A stretch of DNA of 64,000 nt from Oceanispirochaeta sp. (GCA_963663385.2 CAXXXD010000003.1:992001-1056000), one strand, 5' to 3'. Numbered from the stretch's first letter, positions 18,339 through 28,330 are shown. Numbers and translations: made by a program. Notes: generated by a model from the sequence alone, not told the origin.

Positions 18339-19876
18339 TTCTCGATTTCGGCGGACAGACCTGTCAGCTGATCGGACGTAGAATACGTGATTTTGGCGTT
18401 TTTTCTGAAATCGTTCCGGGGGATGTCGCCCTGACGGATGAAATAGTGACTCCGGATGTGAAGGGAATTATCCTTTCAGGATCCCCCTGTTCAGTATATG
18501 AAGAGGGGGCGCCCGCTCCGGATCCAAAGGTATTTGAACTGGGACTGCCGCTTCTGGGGATCTGTTACGGATTTCAGAGGATGACTCAGCATTTCGGCGG
18601 GGAAGTGCTCCCCCTGGAGCATAAAGAGTACGGCCGGACCAAAGTTCATCATCTTGAGGAATCTCCCCTTACCCGCGGGATTCCCGATAACTTCCTTTCA
18701 TGGATGAGCCACGGAGACAGTCTGAACAGGCTGGCTCCCGGATTTACTCTGATCGGCAGAAGTGAAAACGATCATCCCGCTATCGGCTGGGATAAAGACA
18801 GAAACTTTTACGGCATACAGTTCCATCCCGAAGTAACCCACTGCGATTTCGGAAACAAGCTGCTGGAGAACTTCTGCTGCGGTATTTGCGGAGCCGCAAA
18901 GGACTGGACTCTTGACCTGTTTATCGGGCAGGTGAGTGAACGGATCCGCAGTCAGGTAGGGAAGGAGAAGGTTCTTCTTCTCATTTCAGGCGGTGTGGAT
19001 TCTACTGTGGCGGGTGGTCTCCTGCTGAAGATCCTCGATCCCGAACAGGTTTATCTGATGTACATAGATACCGGTATGATGCGAAAGGGCGAGTCGGAAG
19101 AAGTAGCAGTCAATCTGAAGAAACTGGGAGCGACCCACCTTCACCTTATTGATGCGCGGGATAGATTCCTTGATCCTTTGAAGGGGGTTTCCGATCCCGA
19201 GGAAAAAAGAAAAATCATCGGGGACCGATTTATCCATGTGCAGGAAGAGGAAGTTGAGAAGCACATCAGCGGGAATTATTACCTGGCTCAGGGAACCCTC
19301 TACACAGACCTGATTGAATCCGGTAAAGGGGTGGGGAATAAGGCGAATGTGATTAAATCGCATCATAATGTAGGTTCTCCCCTTGTAGAAGCGAAAAGAC
19401 AGGCCGGTCTGATTGTTGAGCCTCTGGATATGCTCTATAAAGACGAAGTGCGAAAGCTGGGTTTGAAGCTGGGTATTTCCGAAGATATCGTTTTCCGCCA
19501 TCCCTTTCCCGGACCCGGTCTGGGAATAAGGATTATCGGTGATGTATCCGCCGAAAAATGCCGGATTCTGAGGGATGCGGATTACATCTATATTTCCGAG
19601 CTGAAAAAACGCAACCTGTATAATGAAATCTGGCAGGCTTTTTCTGTGCTGCTGCCGGTTCGTTCCGTCGGTGTAACCGGTGATGCCCGTGATTATGGAT
19701 TTGTACTGGCCCTGAGAGCTGTCGTTTCCCATGACGGAATGACCGCCGACGTATATGACTTTCCAACTAAGGATCTTCTGGAGATTTCCTCCAAGATTAC
19801 AAACCTTGTTCCGGAAGTCGGACGGGTTGTCTATGATATATCATCCAAACCTCCTGCCACGATCGAGTGGGAGTAG
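18323..19876 (+). CDS. guaA: GMP synthase (glutamine-hydrolysing)
   Basis: LDFGGQ, GICYG, QFHPEV, SGGVDS, IKSHHNVG and SKPPATIEWE; GTG start after AAGGAG. Confidence 0.97.
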   Translation: MDKILILDFGGQTCQLIGRRIRDFGVFSEIVPGDVALTDEIVTPDVKGIILSGSPCSVYEEGAPAPDPKVFELGLPLLGICYGFQRMTQHFGGEVLPLEHKEYGRTKVHHLEESPLTRGIPDNFLSWMSHGDSLNRLAPGFTLIGRSENDHPAIGWDKDRNFYGIQFHPEVTHCDFGNKLLENFCCGICGAAKDWTLDLFIGQVSERIRSQVGKEKVLLLISGGVDSTVAGGLLLKILDPEQVYLMYIDTGMMRKGESEEVAVNLKKLGATHLHLIDARDRFLDPLKGVSDPEEKRKIIGDRFIHVQEEEVEKHISGNYYLAQGTLYTDLIESGKGVGNKANVIKSHHNVGSPLVEAKRQAGLIVEPLDMLYKDEVRKLGLKLGISEDIVFRHPFPGPGLGIRIIGDVSAEKCRILRDADYIYISELKKRNLYNEIWQAFSVLLPVRSVGVTGDARDYGFVLALRAVVSHDGMTADVYDFPTKDLLEISSKITNLVPEVGRVVYDISSKPPATIEWE

Positions 19877-20535
19877 ATTTGTTCAAATGCCACTTTGATA
19901 AAAATGTCCGGTTCGTGTCGGGCATTTTTTATTTGCTCCTTTTTTGGGGCGTCAACCTGTTTTCCCAGTCTTCCGTCCTCTATAAAAGTGAAGTCAGGAC
20001 CAGGTTAACCCGTGATGAGGGGTATGTAACCAATGGGGCGGTTCTTCTGGATGTCAATCCGGAAATCATAACAGAAACCATGTCCAAGCTATCCATTGTT
20101 GAACAATGGCTCCTTGAGGGGATGGGAGAAGAGTCTGCCCGGAGAAATAAACTTAAAGTGGCCTTGATTTCCCTGAATCGTAACCCTGAAAACGATAATT
20201 CCTGTACTGTAAATTTCTCTCTGCTTGTTACAAAACACTGGCTGATAAGGAACCAGAATATGGATGTGACCATTGAGGTTCTTCCGGAAAAAAAATCAGG
20301 CTGGATTAACAGAATAATCTATGATCTTCCCTTAAAAAGTCTTTTCATCAAGGAAGGCGGCTATACAGTTTATATTATCAGCATGGGTAGGGGGCGCTCT
20401 CTATTAGTGTATAATTTCACAGTTCATCTTGCGGGAATCCCGGAACAGCTTTTCAGTAAAAAGCTTTACAAACAGAATATTGAGTGGTATATAAACCAGA
20501 TTCAGAATAACTGTATTAATTTCCTCCAGGAATAG
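19867..20535 (+). CDS. Hypothetical exported protein (start uncertain)
   Basis: 222-aa ORF with an N-terminal hydrophobic stretch ending LFS-Q. Its 5' end overlaps the putative guaA terminator. Confidence 0.5.
   Translation: MGVDLFKCHFDKNVRFVSGIFYLLLFWGVNLFSQSSVLYKSEVRTRLTRDEGYVTNGAVLLDVNPEIITETMSKLSIVEQWLLEGMGEESARRNKLKVALISLNRNPENDNSCTVNFSLLVTKHWLIRNQNMDVTIEVLPEKKSGWINRIIYDLPLKSLFIKEGGYTVYIISMGRGRSLLVYNFTVHLAGIPEQLFSKKLYKQNIEWYINQIQNNCINFLQE
19900..19930 (+). terminator. Probable terminator after guaA
   Basis: AAAAATGTCCGG-TTCGTG-TCGGGCATTTTTT hairpin with T tail. Confidence 0.6.
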
Positions 20536-20690
20536 ACTTTATCTCCCTCCTTTACTCTGATATCAAAAAAGAAAGAACATTCATTAAAATACTTGTTTTT
20601 CAAATTTACCTATCAGATAATTAAATAAGAAATATATGACGTATGATTATTATTGATAAATCGATTTTGCCTGTTTAATAATGGTATCGC

Positions 20691-22877
20691 ATGTATCCGT
20701 CGGGGAGGATTGGTATCAAACGTTTCGGTTTGAAGAAAAACTTCATTCAGACAAATTTTTTAATAACCCTCGGAATATTGTTGATGGTAGTGCTGTCATT
20801 TGGCTATTTATGGATAAAGGATAATTTAAAAAACTACGATAGAGAAATCCGGTATATCGAGCAGCTGTATATTGATGCCAAAAAAGCCCAGATTAAGGAT
20901 AACACAGAAAATACCATGAACTATATCAAGTCAGTGGAGGAATCCCTTGGACCGGATATCCAGTATGAACTGAAATCTCAGGTGGATAAGGCTTTTCAGT
21001 TTGTCCGAGCTGCCTATGAAAACATGGCCGATACGGTAACGGGAGAAGAAATCAGCTCCATTGTTGCCGAAACATTGAGACTGCAGCGTTTTGATAATAA
21101 TCCGGGATATTTCTTTATATACCGGATGGATGGGTTCTGCCTTCTGAATACAGCTGATTCCCGGCTTGAAAATACATATGACTCATTTCATTACAGAGAT
21201 ATAAATGGCGCGTATCCCTTAAAATCCATGATTGAACTCCTTGAAACTGACAATGAAGGTTACTTTGATTACTATTATATAAAACCGGGCGGAAGCAGTC
21301 AGGAGGCCAAAAAATCCTATATCAGGAAATTTGAAGCTCTGGACTGGTTCCTGGGTTGCGGGATGTATATTGATTCTATTCAGCTGGCAAAACAAAACGA
21401 AGTTCTGCGGACAGTAAGAGAGGACCATCTTATCAATCAGGAACCCTACAGGATTTTCGATACACAGTATAACTGCCTTCTTGATCCCTATCATCCGGCC
21501 AACGAAGGCAGGAACATAAAGGAGATAGACGACAGGGCGGTTTTTGAAATCCTGCAGGGAACAGTAGCTTCCCTGGGAACAGATGGAGCAATCCGAAGCC
21601 GGTTCTGGGATGACCGGGGGACTCCGGACAGAGAAAACCGGAATATAACCTATACATCCGTATTCCCCGAATGGAACTGGATTATTATCGCCGAAGATTC
21701 CCTTTATGATATTGAATATTATGTGGCATTGAAAAAACGTGAGCTGAAAGGCTCTATCCTTAACAAGATACGTCGTGTCTTTGTATTAATGATTCTCTCC
21801 ATGGGAACAGCCGCCTTCCTGTTTCACAAAATGTCCCGGCATTTTAAAAGAAGCATTGAACTCTTTATGCAGTTTTTAAAAAAAGCCAGCAGGGAAAATG
21901 TTCTGATCGATACAGGACAGATCCATTATGATGAGTTCAAACTGCTCTCCCGGATGGCAAACAGAATGGTAAAAAATCTGAAATCCACCCAGGAAGAGTT
22001 AAATCAAAGCCGTACTTTTTATCAGCATATACTGGATACATCCCCCATTATCTTTTATGTCAAAGATGAAAAGGGAGCCTTTATTCAGGTTAACGACGCC
22101 TTTGTAAAGATCAGCAGTACAGGCAGGGACGGGATTATCGGTCAGAGCAACGCCGGTATATTCCAAAAGGCGGATGCCGCTGAATGGAATGCAATCGATA
22201 ACAGGGTGCATCAGACAGGGGTGGAAGAATCTCATGAATTAAGTCTGATGGTTAAGGGGGAGCCCCACACCTTTCTGAAATATTACTCTCCGGTCTATCG
22301 AAACGATAAAAAAACGGTGGATTATGCAGGCTGGGCAATAGATATTACAGACCGCAAGGAAATCGAATCCAGACTGGAGGAGAGCGAACTGAGGCTGAAG
22401 AAAATCATAAGCTGCATTGATACGGGAATTATAATCATTGATCCGGAAACCCGCAGGATAACTGATGCAAATCCGGCAGCGGTAAGGATGTTCGGGGCTT
22501 CCAGGAAAAACCTGATAGGACAGATGTGTCATAACCATATCTGCCCGCGCGAGTATGAGAACTGCCCTATTCTGGACAGGCATCAGAAAATCAACAAAAC
22601 GGAAGCCGGCTTTATTACCAGTACGGGAGAAGCCCTTCCCATTATGAAAACAATTGTACCGATTACGATTAAGGGGAAAAATCTGCTGCTGGAGAGTTTC
22701 TATGATTTGAGCAGGCAGAAGGAGGCTGAGCAGAAGCTGAAACTCAATATCAGGGAACTGGAAGAGTTCAACCGTTTTACTATTAACAGAGAGGAGCGGA
22801 TGATTGAACTGAAACAGGAAATAAACCAATTATATGCCCGGATGAATAAGGGTATAAAGTATAAGATTGTCATGTGA
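20691..22877 (+). CDS. Membrane Cache-domain + 2xPAS sensor with no catalytic output domain
   Basis: TM, Cache region (GYFFIY, RDINGAY, EGYFDYYY, DWFLGCGMY), TM, two PAS domains (DITDRKE; DANPAAVRMFG), then a short C-terminal coiled coil. No H-box, GGDEF or MCP domain. Confidence 0.8.
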   Translation: MYPSGRIGIKRFGLKKNFIQTNFLITLGILLMVVLSFGYLWIKDNLKNYDREIRYIEQLYIDAKKAQIKDNTENTMNYIKSVEESLGPDIQYELKSQVDKAFQFVRAAYENMADTVTGEEISSIVAETLRLQRFDNNPGYFFIYRMDGFCLLNTADSRLENTYDSFHYRDINGAYPLKSMIELLETDNEGYFDYYYIKPGGSSQEAKKSYIRKFEALDWFLGCGMYIDSIQLAKQNEVLRTVREDHLINQEPYRIFDTQYNCLLDPYHPANEGRNIKEIDDRAVFEILQGTVASLGTDGAIRSRFWDDRGTPDRENRNITYTSVFPEWNWIIIAEDSLYDIEYYVALKKRELKGSILNKIRRVFVLMILSMGTAAFLFHKMSRHFKRSIELFMQFLKKASRENVLIDTGQIHYDEFKLLSRMANRMVKNLKSTQEELNQSRTFYQHILDTSPIIFYVKDEKGAFIQVNDAFVKISSTGRDGIIGQSNAGIFQKADAAEWNAIDNRVHQTGVEESHELSLMVKGEPHTFLKYYSPVYRNDKKTVDYAGWAIDITDRKEIESRLEESELRLKKIISCIDTGIIIIDPETRRITDANPAAVRMFGASRKNLIGQMCHNHICPREYENCPILDRHQKINKTEAGFITSTGEALPIMKTIVPITIKGKNLLLESFYDLSRQKEAEQKLKLNIRELEEFNRFTINREERMIELKQEINQLYARMNKGIKYKIVM

Positions 22878-22891
22878 TAAGGAGCCTTGTT

Positions 22892-23695
22892 ATGAAGAAA
22901 AGTGTACGGGAAGATTCTCTGGGAGATGAACTGTCAAATAAAGTACTGGATCAGCTTCCTACGCCGGTAATGGCTATAGATAAAGATTATAATTTAATTT
23001 TTATGAATCAGGCCGGATTTAACTTTCTGGGAAGAAGCTGGGACGAAATAGCCGGGAAAAAATGTTATGATGTTTTCTGTTCAGAGCACTGTGGAACGGA
23101 TGATTGTCGCATGCGCGCTGTTATGAAGGGAGAAGATCCTGAAACAGTCAGAAATAACATTAAAATCAAAGATACGGTAGTGCCAATCGAGTATACGGCG
23201 GACTCTCTGAAAGACAGTGAGGGGAATGCTATCGGCGGGCTGGAGTATATTATCGATATTACTGAAACTGTAAAAAAAGAGCAGAAACTTAAACAGCAGA
23301 GCAGAACCATTATGGAAATCTCCACACCGGTTATCAAGCTTTGGGATAGAATCCTTATTCTTCCGATTGTGGGTGTGGTGGATTCTTTCCGGGCTATGCA
23401 GATGATGGATACCATGCTGAACAAACTGAAGGAAACTTCATCAAAAATCATTATTCTGGATATTCAGGGTGTGGCGGCAGTCGATACGGCAGTGGCGAAC
23501 CACCTGATAAAGATTGCAAAAGCAACCAGGCTTATGGGTTGTCAGTGTATTATTTCCGGAATATCTCCTGCAGTCGCGCAGACCCTTGTACAGCTGGGAA
23601 TTGAAATGGTGAATATTCTGACCACATCGGATTTGCAGGAAGCTCTTGCTGACGCTTTTGAAATAATGAATTTTGAAGTAAAGAAGAGGGAATGA
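22892..23695 (+). CDS. rsbR: Stressosome RsbR (PAS + STAS)
   Basis: N-terminal PAS, then EISTPVIKLWDRILILPIVGVVDS, DIQGVAAVDTAVANHL and SGISPAVAQTLVQLG. ATG 22892 follows AGGAG. Confidence 0.9.
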   Translation: MKKSVREDSLGDELSNKVLDQLPTPVMAIDKDYNLIFMNQAGFNFLGRSWDEIAGKKCYDVFCSEHCGTDDCRMRAVMKGEDPETVRNNIKIKDTVVPIEYTADSLKDSEGNAIGGLEYIIDITETVKKEQKLKQQSRTIMEISTPVIKLWDRILILPIVGVVDSFRAMQMMDTMLNKLKETSSKIIILDIQGVAAVDTAVANHLIKIAKATRLMGCQCIISGISPAVAQTLVQLGIEMVNILTTSDLQEALADAFEIMNFEVKKRE

Positions 23696-23699
23696 AAAA

Positions 23700-24095
23700 T
23701 TGAGTCTGGATAATTTCAATAATAGTGAAGATTTACTCAATATAGGACTATATGAAATGGGTTTTTCCTTGATTGTTCCTGTTCCGGACATGATTGATCC
23801 AAGGTCTGCCGGGAAAATGCTGCAGAAAGTTATGCAGGAGATAGACAGGAGAAGATACAGGAAAGTTGTTATCGATATTTCTGCCGTTTCTGTTCTGGAC
23901 AGGATGTCATTTAAAATACTGCAGGATATTGCTAAAGGAGCGGAGCTTATGGGAGCCAGGACAGTATTCATCGGAGTTCAGCCGGGGGTTGCCTCTGCTA
24001 TGGTGGAACTTGTAGCGGATGTGGATACAATTGTCAGCGCTCCGACATTGAATGAAGGTCTCGCCATACTGGAAGGAAATCATGGTAATGGGTAG
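23700..24095 (+). CDS. rsbS: Stressosome RsbS (STAS)
   Basis: VVIDISAV, LMGARTVFIGVQPGVA; lies between rsbR and rsbT. Confidence 0.82.
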   Translation: MSLDNFNNSEDLLNIGLYEMGFSLIVPVPDMIDPRSAGKMLQKVMQEIDRRRYRKVVIDISAVSVLDRMSFKILQDIAKGAELMGARTVFIGVQPGVASAMVELVADVDTIVSAPTLNEGLAILEGNHGNG

Positions 24096-24513
24096 GGATA
24101 AAAACTGCCTGACCGAGATTTGTGAAACCATTGAAGATTCGGCAGATGTGGCAAATGTTGTTATCCTTGCCAGAGAATTTGCCGCGGATCTGGGATTCTC
24201 TCAAACAGATCAGCATCTGGTTGCTACGGCTGTTTCGGAATTGACTACCAATATTGTGCATTATGCAGGCAGGGGGAAACTGACGATACAGGAGATCTCA
24301 TCGCCGAAAAATGTCGGCCTTCAGATTATCTGTGAGGATAGGGGGCCGGGAATCGCTGATATAGAAATGGCGTTAACCGACGAATATTCCACAGGAGAGA
24401 GTCTTGGTATGGGTTTACCCAGTGTTAAGAGACTCATGGATTATTTTGAAATAGAAACTGAACCTCAGGCAGGAACGCGCGTTATGATCCGGAAGTGGAG
24501 AGATTCCAATTGA
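24082..24513 (+). CDS. rsbT: RsbT serine/threonine kinase (anti-sigma-type)
   Basis: TAVSELTTNIVHYAG, EDRGPGIADIE, STGESLGMGLPSVKRLMD and GTRV...KW. Confidence 0.92.
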   Translation: MVMGRDKNCLTEICETIEDSADVANVVILAREFAADLGFSQTDQHLVATAVSELTTNIVHYAGRGKLTIQEISSPKNVGLQIICEDRGPGIADIEMALTDEYSTGESLGMGLPSVKRLMDYFEIETEPQAGTRVMIRKWRDSN

Positions 24514-25097
24514 ACAAGGTGGATTATGCCTCCGGGAAAGAATCCATTTACGGCCCTGATGAAGTGGAATGCGGTGATGCGGTTCTCATCCTTCCGGATG
24601 AGGAATCTGTGTTTTTAGCCCTGATCGACGCTTTGGGGCACGGAGCAAAGGCTTATGAAGCAGCATGCCTGGCCGTCAGTTTTTTAGAACAGCACTATAA
24701 AGAGCCGCTCCCTGAACTGATGAAACAGCTTCATATCCATCTGCAGGGGTCCAGAGGTGTTGTCGCCGGTCTGTGCAGGATTCATGTTGCCGAGGGATAC
24801 CTTGATTATGTAGGAGTGGGGAATATCAGCACAAGAATTTATGGTGAGGAGAAACAGTTTCTTCTTTCAAAGGATGGTGTCGTTGGTTTTTCCATGACCG
24901 AGCCGCATGAAATTCAGGTTGTTCTCAGGGAAAATGATCTGCTTATTCTTACGTCGGACGGGATTAAGGATCTTTTTCCCCTGGAAGAATATCCGGATAT
25001 TCTGCGGGGAAAATCGGAGAATGTTGTTCAATTCATAATGAAGCAATTCCGCAAGTTTGATGATGCTTCCTGTATTGTTTTGAGGTATAAAAAATGA
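24495..25097 (+). CDS. rsbX: RsbX-like PP2C/SpoIIE phosphatase (start may be TTG 24510)
   Basis: ECGD, IDALGHG, GVGNI, TSDGI and DDA motifs. Confidence 0.85.
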   Translation: MERFQLNKVDYASGKESIYGPDEVECGDAVLILPDEESVFLALIDALGHGAKAYEAACLAVSFLEQHYKEPLPELMKQLHIHLQGSRGVVAGLCRIHVAEGYLDYVGVGNISTRIYGEEKQFLLSKDGVVGFSMTEPHEIQVVLRENDLLILTSDGIKDLFPLEEYPDILRGKSENVVQFIMKQFRKFDDASCIVLRYKK

Positions 25098-28000
25098 AAA
25101 CGGAACTGGTAACCTTTGCTCCTGCCAACATGATTCCCATGAGTCTCCTGCGGCGGAAGATACTTCACCTTTGCCAGGATCTGGGATTTTCGCAAATTCA
25201 GGCGGTTCGAATCACTACTGTATTCTCGGAACTGGCTGAACAGGATTCACAGTACTATCTTTCCCGTAGAATCACCCTTTCTCTCAAAAGGAAATCCATC
25301 CAGAATGACCTGTCACCTGCCCTTGTATTCTCTATAAAAAAATCAAGCCTGGATTTTCCGGATTCTATAGCTTCTCATTTTTTTAATGAATTCACTGTAA
25401 AGGAAACAGGGCCGGGGCTCTTTATGATAGAAGCTGTGAAGTACTTTCCTTCGGAGGTTTCCTATCCGGACGAAAAGAGTATCAGCAGGTGGCGAAAAGC
25501 TCTTTCTGAACCGACAAAAGATGCCCTGTTCAAAGAGCTGGAGTTGAATAACCGTAAACTGGAAAAACAGGCAGATGAACTGATTTATGCAAAAAACAAT
25601 GCCGAGAAAACAGCGGATGAACTGAAAATCCGTATTGATGATCTGGCCAAGGCCCGTACAGCCATGCTGAATGTTATGGAAGATCTCGATTTAAGCAAAG
25701 CCAGTATGCAGGCTCTTATCGATTCCCTGCCGGATGTTACCATTATTTATGATGAAAACGGTTACTATCGTAATATATACCTTAGCAGAGATGAAAACTC
25801 ACAAAATAACCAGTTAAACGGTATAACCGATATCAACGAGTTAATAGGAAAAAGTATCCGAGATGTGATGACCGGGGAAACGGCCGATCTGATTCAGGCT
25901 TCCATCACCAGGGCTATAGAGGAGAAGAAAACCGTTCAAATGGAGTATTCCCTGGATACAGATTCAGGGATTATCTGGTATGACGGGAGATTCTCCTCCA
26001 TGAATACCCTGGATGCCGGTCTGGGACTGGTCGTCTGTGTTGTCAGGGACATTACAACTCTTAAAAAACTGACCAGTGATCTGGAGAATGCCAAAGAAGA
26101 AGCCATTGCCGCCACCAAAGCGAAAGGGGATTTCCTTGCGAATATGAGCCATGAAATCCGAACCCCCATGAATGCCATAATCGGCTTGAACAGTCTGCTG
26201 ATTAAAACGGATATGACCCCAAAACAACAGGACTATACAGAGAAAATCGGAAAATCCGCCAGGAGCCTTTTGGGGATTATCAACGATATCCTGGATTTTT
26301 CCAAAATCGAAGCAGGGAAGATGGATATAGAAAAAACAAATTTCCTGTTAAGCGATGTTCTGGAAAATCTTCTGAATATTATTGGCGACAGGGTCCGGGA
26401 TAACGGATCGGAGCTTATATTTAAACAGGATCTGACCATACCGAACAATTTGATCGGAGACCCTCTCCGTCTGGGACAGATTCTGCTGAATCTGACCAAC
26501 AATGCTGTGAAATTCACCGAAAAGGGCGAGATTGTTGTTTCTACAAAACTGGAAAAAAAAGTAGATAATTCGGTCTATATCAAATTCAGTGTAAGCGACA
26601 CTGGTATAGGGTTAACCGAAGAACAGCAGAATAAACTGTTTAAATCGTTTTCACAGGCAGACACTTCAACCACCAGAAAATACGGAGGTACAGGACTAGG
26701 TCTGGCTATCAGTAAAAAGCTTTCCGAGTTGATGGAAGGCAGTATCGGGGTGAAAAGTAAATCCGGGAAGGGGAGTACTTTTTATTTCACAGTCAGGATG
26801 GGGGTTGGTGAAGAAAAGACCCGGAGGACTGTTCCCCGGGATCTGAACGGTCTGCATGTTCTCGTGGTGGACGATAACGAAACAGCCCGGGAAGTGATTA
26901 CTTCCTATCTGGAGGACTTCTGCCTCTCCGTGACAGAAGTATCCGGAGGGAAACTTGCCCTAAGGGAGCTGAATCAGGCCAAAGCGGCAGAAAACAGGGA
27001 TTACGACCTGGTCCTGATGGACTATCAGATGCCCGATCTTAATGGTATTGAAACTTCCAGGCAGATCCGGGAGGGGCTTGAGAATATCAGGCAGCCAAAA
27101 ATTATAATGATTACAGGATTCGGCCGGGAAGAGGTAATGAAACAGGCCGCCGGAATGGGCCTGGACGGGTTTCTGATAAAACCTGTCAGCCCTTCCATTC
27201 TGTTCGATACGATTATGGAAGTTTTTGGAAAGGGTCATGGTATGTCCGTAAGGAAAAAGAGGGCCGAAGACTCCAGGCCGGAAAACTTCCGTCTGATTCA
27301 GGGGGCCCGGATCCTTCTGGCAGAGGATAATCCTATCAATCAGCAGGTGGCTCTGGAAACAATGGAACAGGAGGGGTTCCGTATCGATATTGTTAATAAC
27401 GGTAAAGAGGCTGTAGACAGAATCAGCCTGGATTATGATTGTGTCCTTATGGATCTACAGATGCCGGTTATGGATGGTTATCAGGCTACGTCGGAGATAC
27501 GAAAGAATCCCGAATACGCGGATATGCCCATTATCGCCATGACCGCGGATGCCATGGTGGGTGTTAAGGAACGTGTTATCAGTGAAGGGCTGAACGATTA
27601 TATTACCAAGCCCTTTGATCCTGCCATGTTGTGGGAAACTCTGATGAACTGGATCAAACCGGGGAACCGCCCTCTGCCCGAGAATTATAGGACTGCCTCT
27701 GAAAAAGGCAATCATGATGGACCGGATATTCCTCCCATAAAAGGAGTTGATCTGGCTGACGGCCTCAAGCGGGTAGGAGGCAATAAAAGGCTGTACAGGG
27801 ATCTGCTTGTTCAGTTTGCCAGGGATAACGGTTCGGTTACGAATGAGATACAGGATTGTTTGTCCAGAAATGATATCAGGAGTGCGGAGAGACTGGCTCA
27901 TACCATTAAAAGTGTAGCGGGAAATATCGGCGCTCATTCTCTGCAGAATAAGGCTGAAAGTCTGGAATGCGAACTGAAAAAATGGACGAGTCATCTTGAA

Positions 28001-28330
28001 CCTGAAATTCTGAATGATTTTGATTTCCATCTGCATAAAGTGACTGAAGCCATAACGCAGGCCTGTCCGGGTGAGGATGAACAGGATATTGTTGAGGTAG
28101 AGGTGGTTTCTGATGATGTTCTGAAACCTCTACTGGACACTTTGGGGCCTTTTCTTAAAAAGAAAATGGCTGTTAAATGCAAGGCTGTTCTTAGGGAGAT
28201 TGAACAGTATCGATACTCAGCGGACAGACAGAATTCCATAGAAGAGCTTTCCTCCATGATCAGGAGGTACAACTACCACGATGCGGAAGACCTGCTCCAT
28301 AATCTGATGGATGAGATAGACTGTTCCTGA
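25094..28330 (+). CDS. Hybrid sensor histidine kinase (pseudo-RsbT-PAS-HisKA-HATPase-REC-REC-HPt)
   Basis: FLANMSHEIRTPMNAI, NLTNNAVKFT, DTGIG, GGTGLGL; two receiver domains (LMDYQMP, LMDLQMP); HPt AHTIKSVAGNIGA. Confidence 0.93.
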   Translation: MKTELVTFAPANMIPMSLLRRKILHLCQDLGFSQIQAVRITTVFSELAEQDSQYYLSRRITLSLKRKSIQNDLSPALVFSIKKSSLDFPDSIASHFFNEFTVKETGPGLFMIEAVKYFPSEVSYPDEKSISRWRKALSEPTKDALFKELELNNRKLEKQADELIYAKNNAEKTADELKIRIDDLAKARTAMLNVMEDLDLSKASMQALIDSLPDVTIIYDENGYYRNIYLSRDENSQNNQLNGITDINELIGKSIRDVMTGETADLIQASITRAIEEKKTVQMEYSLDTDSGIIWYDGRFSSMNTLDAGLGLVVCVVRDITTLKKLTSDLENAKEEAIAATKAKGDFLANMSHEIRTPMNAIIGLNSLLIKTDMTPKQQDYTEKIGKSARSLLGIINDILDFSKIEAGKMDIEKTNFLLSDVLENLLNIIGDRVRDNGSELIFKQDLTIPNNLIGDPLRLGQILLNLTNNAVKFTEKGEIVVSTKLEKKVDNSVYIKFSVSDTGIGLTEEQQNKLFKSFSQADTSTTRKYGGTGLGLAISKKLSELMEGSIGVKSKSGKGSTFYFTVRMGVGEEKTRRTVPRDLNGLHVLVVDDNETAREVITSYLEDFCLSVTEVSGGKLALRELNQAKAAENRDYDLVLMDYQMPDLNGIETSRQIREGLENIRQPKIIMITGFGREEVMKQAAGMGLDGFLIKPVSPSILFDTIMEVFGKGHGMSVRKKRAEDSRPENFRLIQGARILLAEDNPINQQVALETMEQEGFRIDIVNNGKEAVDRISLDYDCVLMDLQMPVMDGYQATSEIRKNPEYADMPIIAMTADAMVGVKERVISEGLNDYITKPFDPAMLWETLMNWIKPGNRPLPENYRTASEKGNHDGPDIPPIKGVDLADGLKRVGGNKRLYRDLLVQFARDNGSVTNEIQDCLSRNDIRSAERLAHTIKSVAGNIGAHSLQNKAESLECELKKWTSHLEPEILNDFDFHLHKVTEAITQACPGEDEQDIVEVEVVSDDVLKPLLDTLGPFLKKKMAVKCKAVLREIEQYRYSADRQNSIEELSSMIRRYNYHDAEDLLHNLMDEIDCS

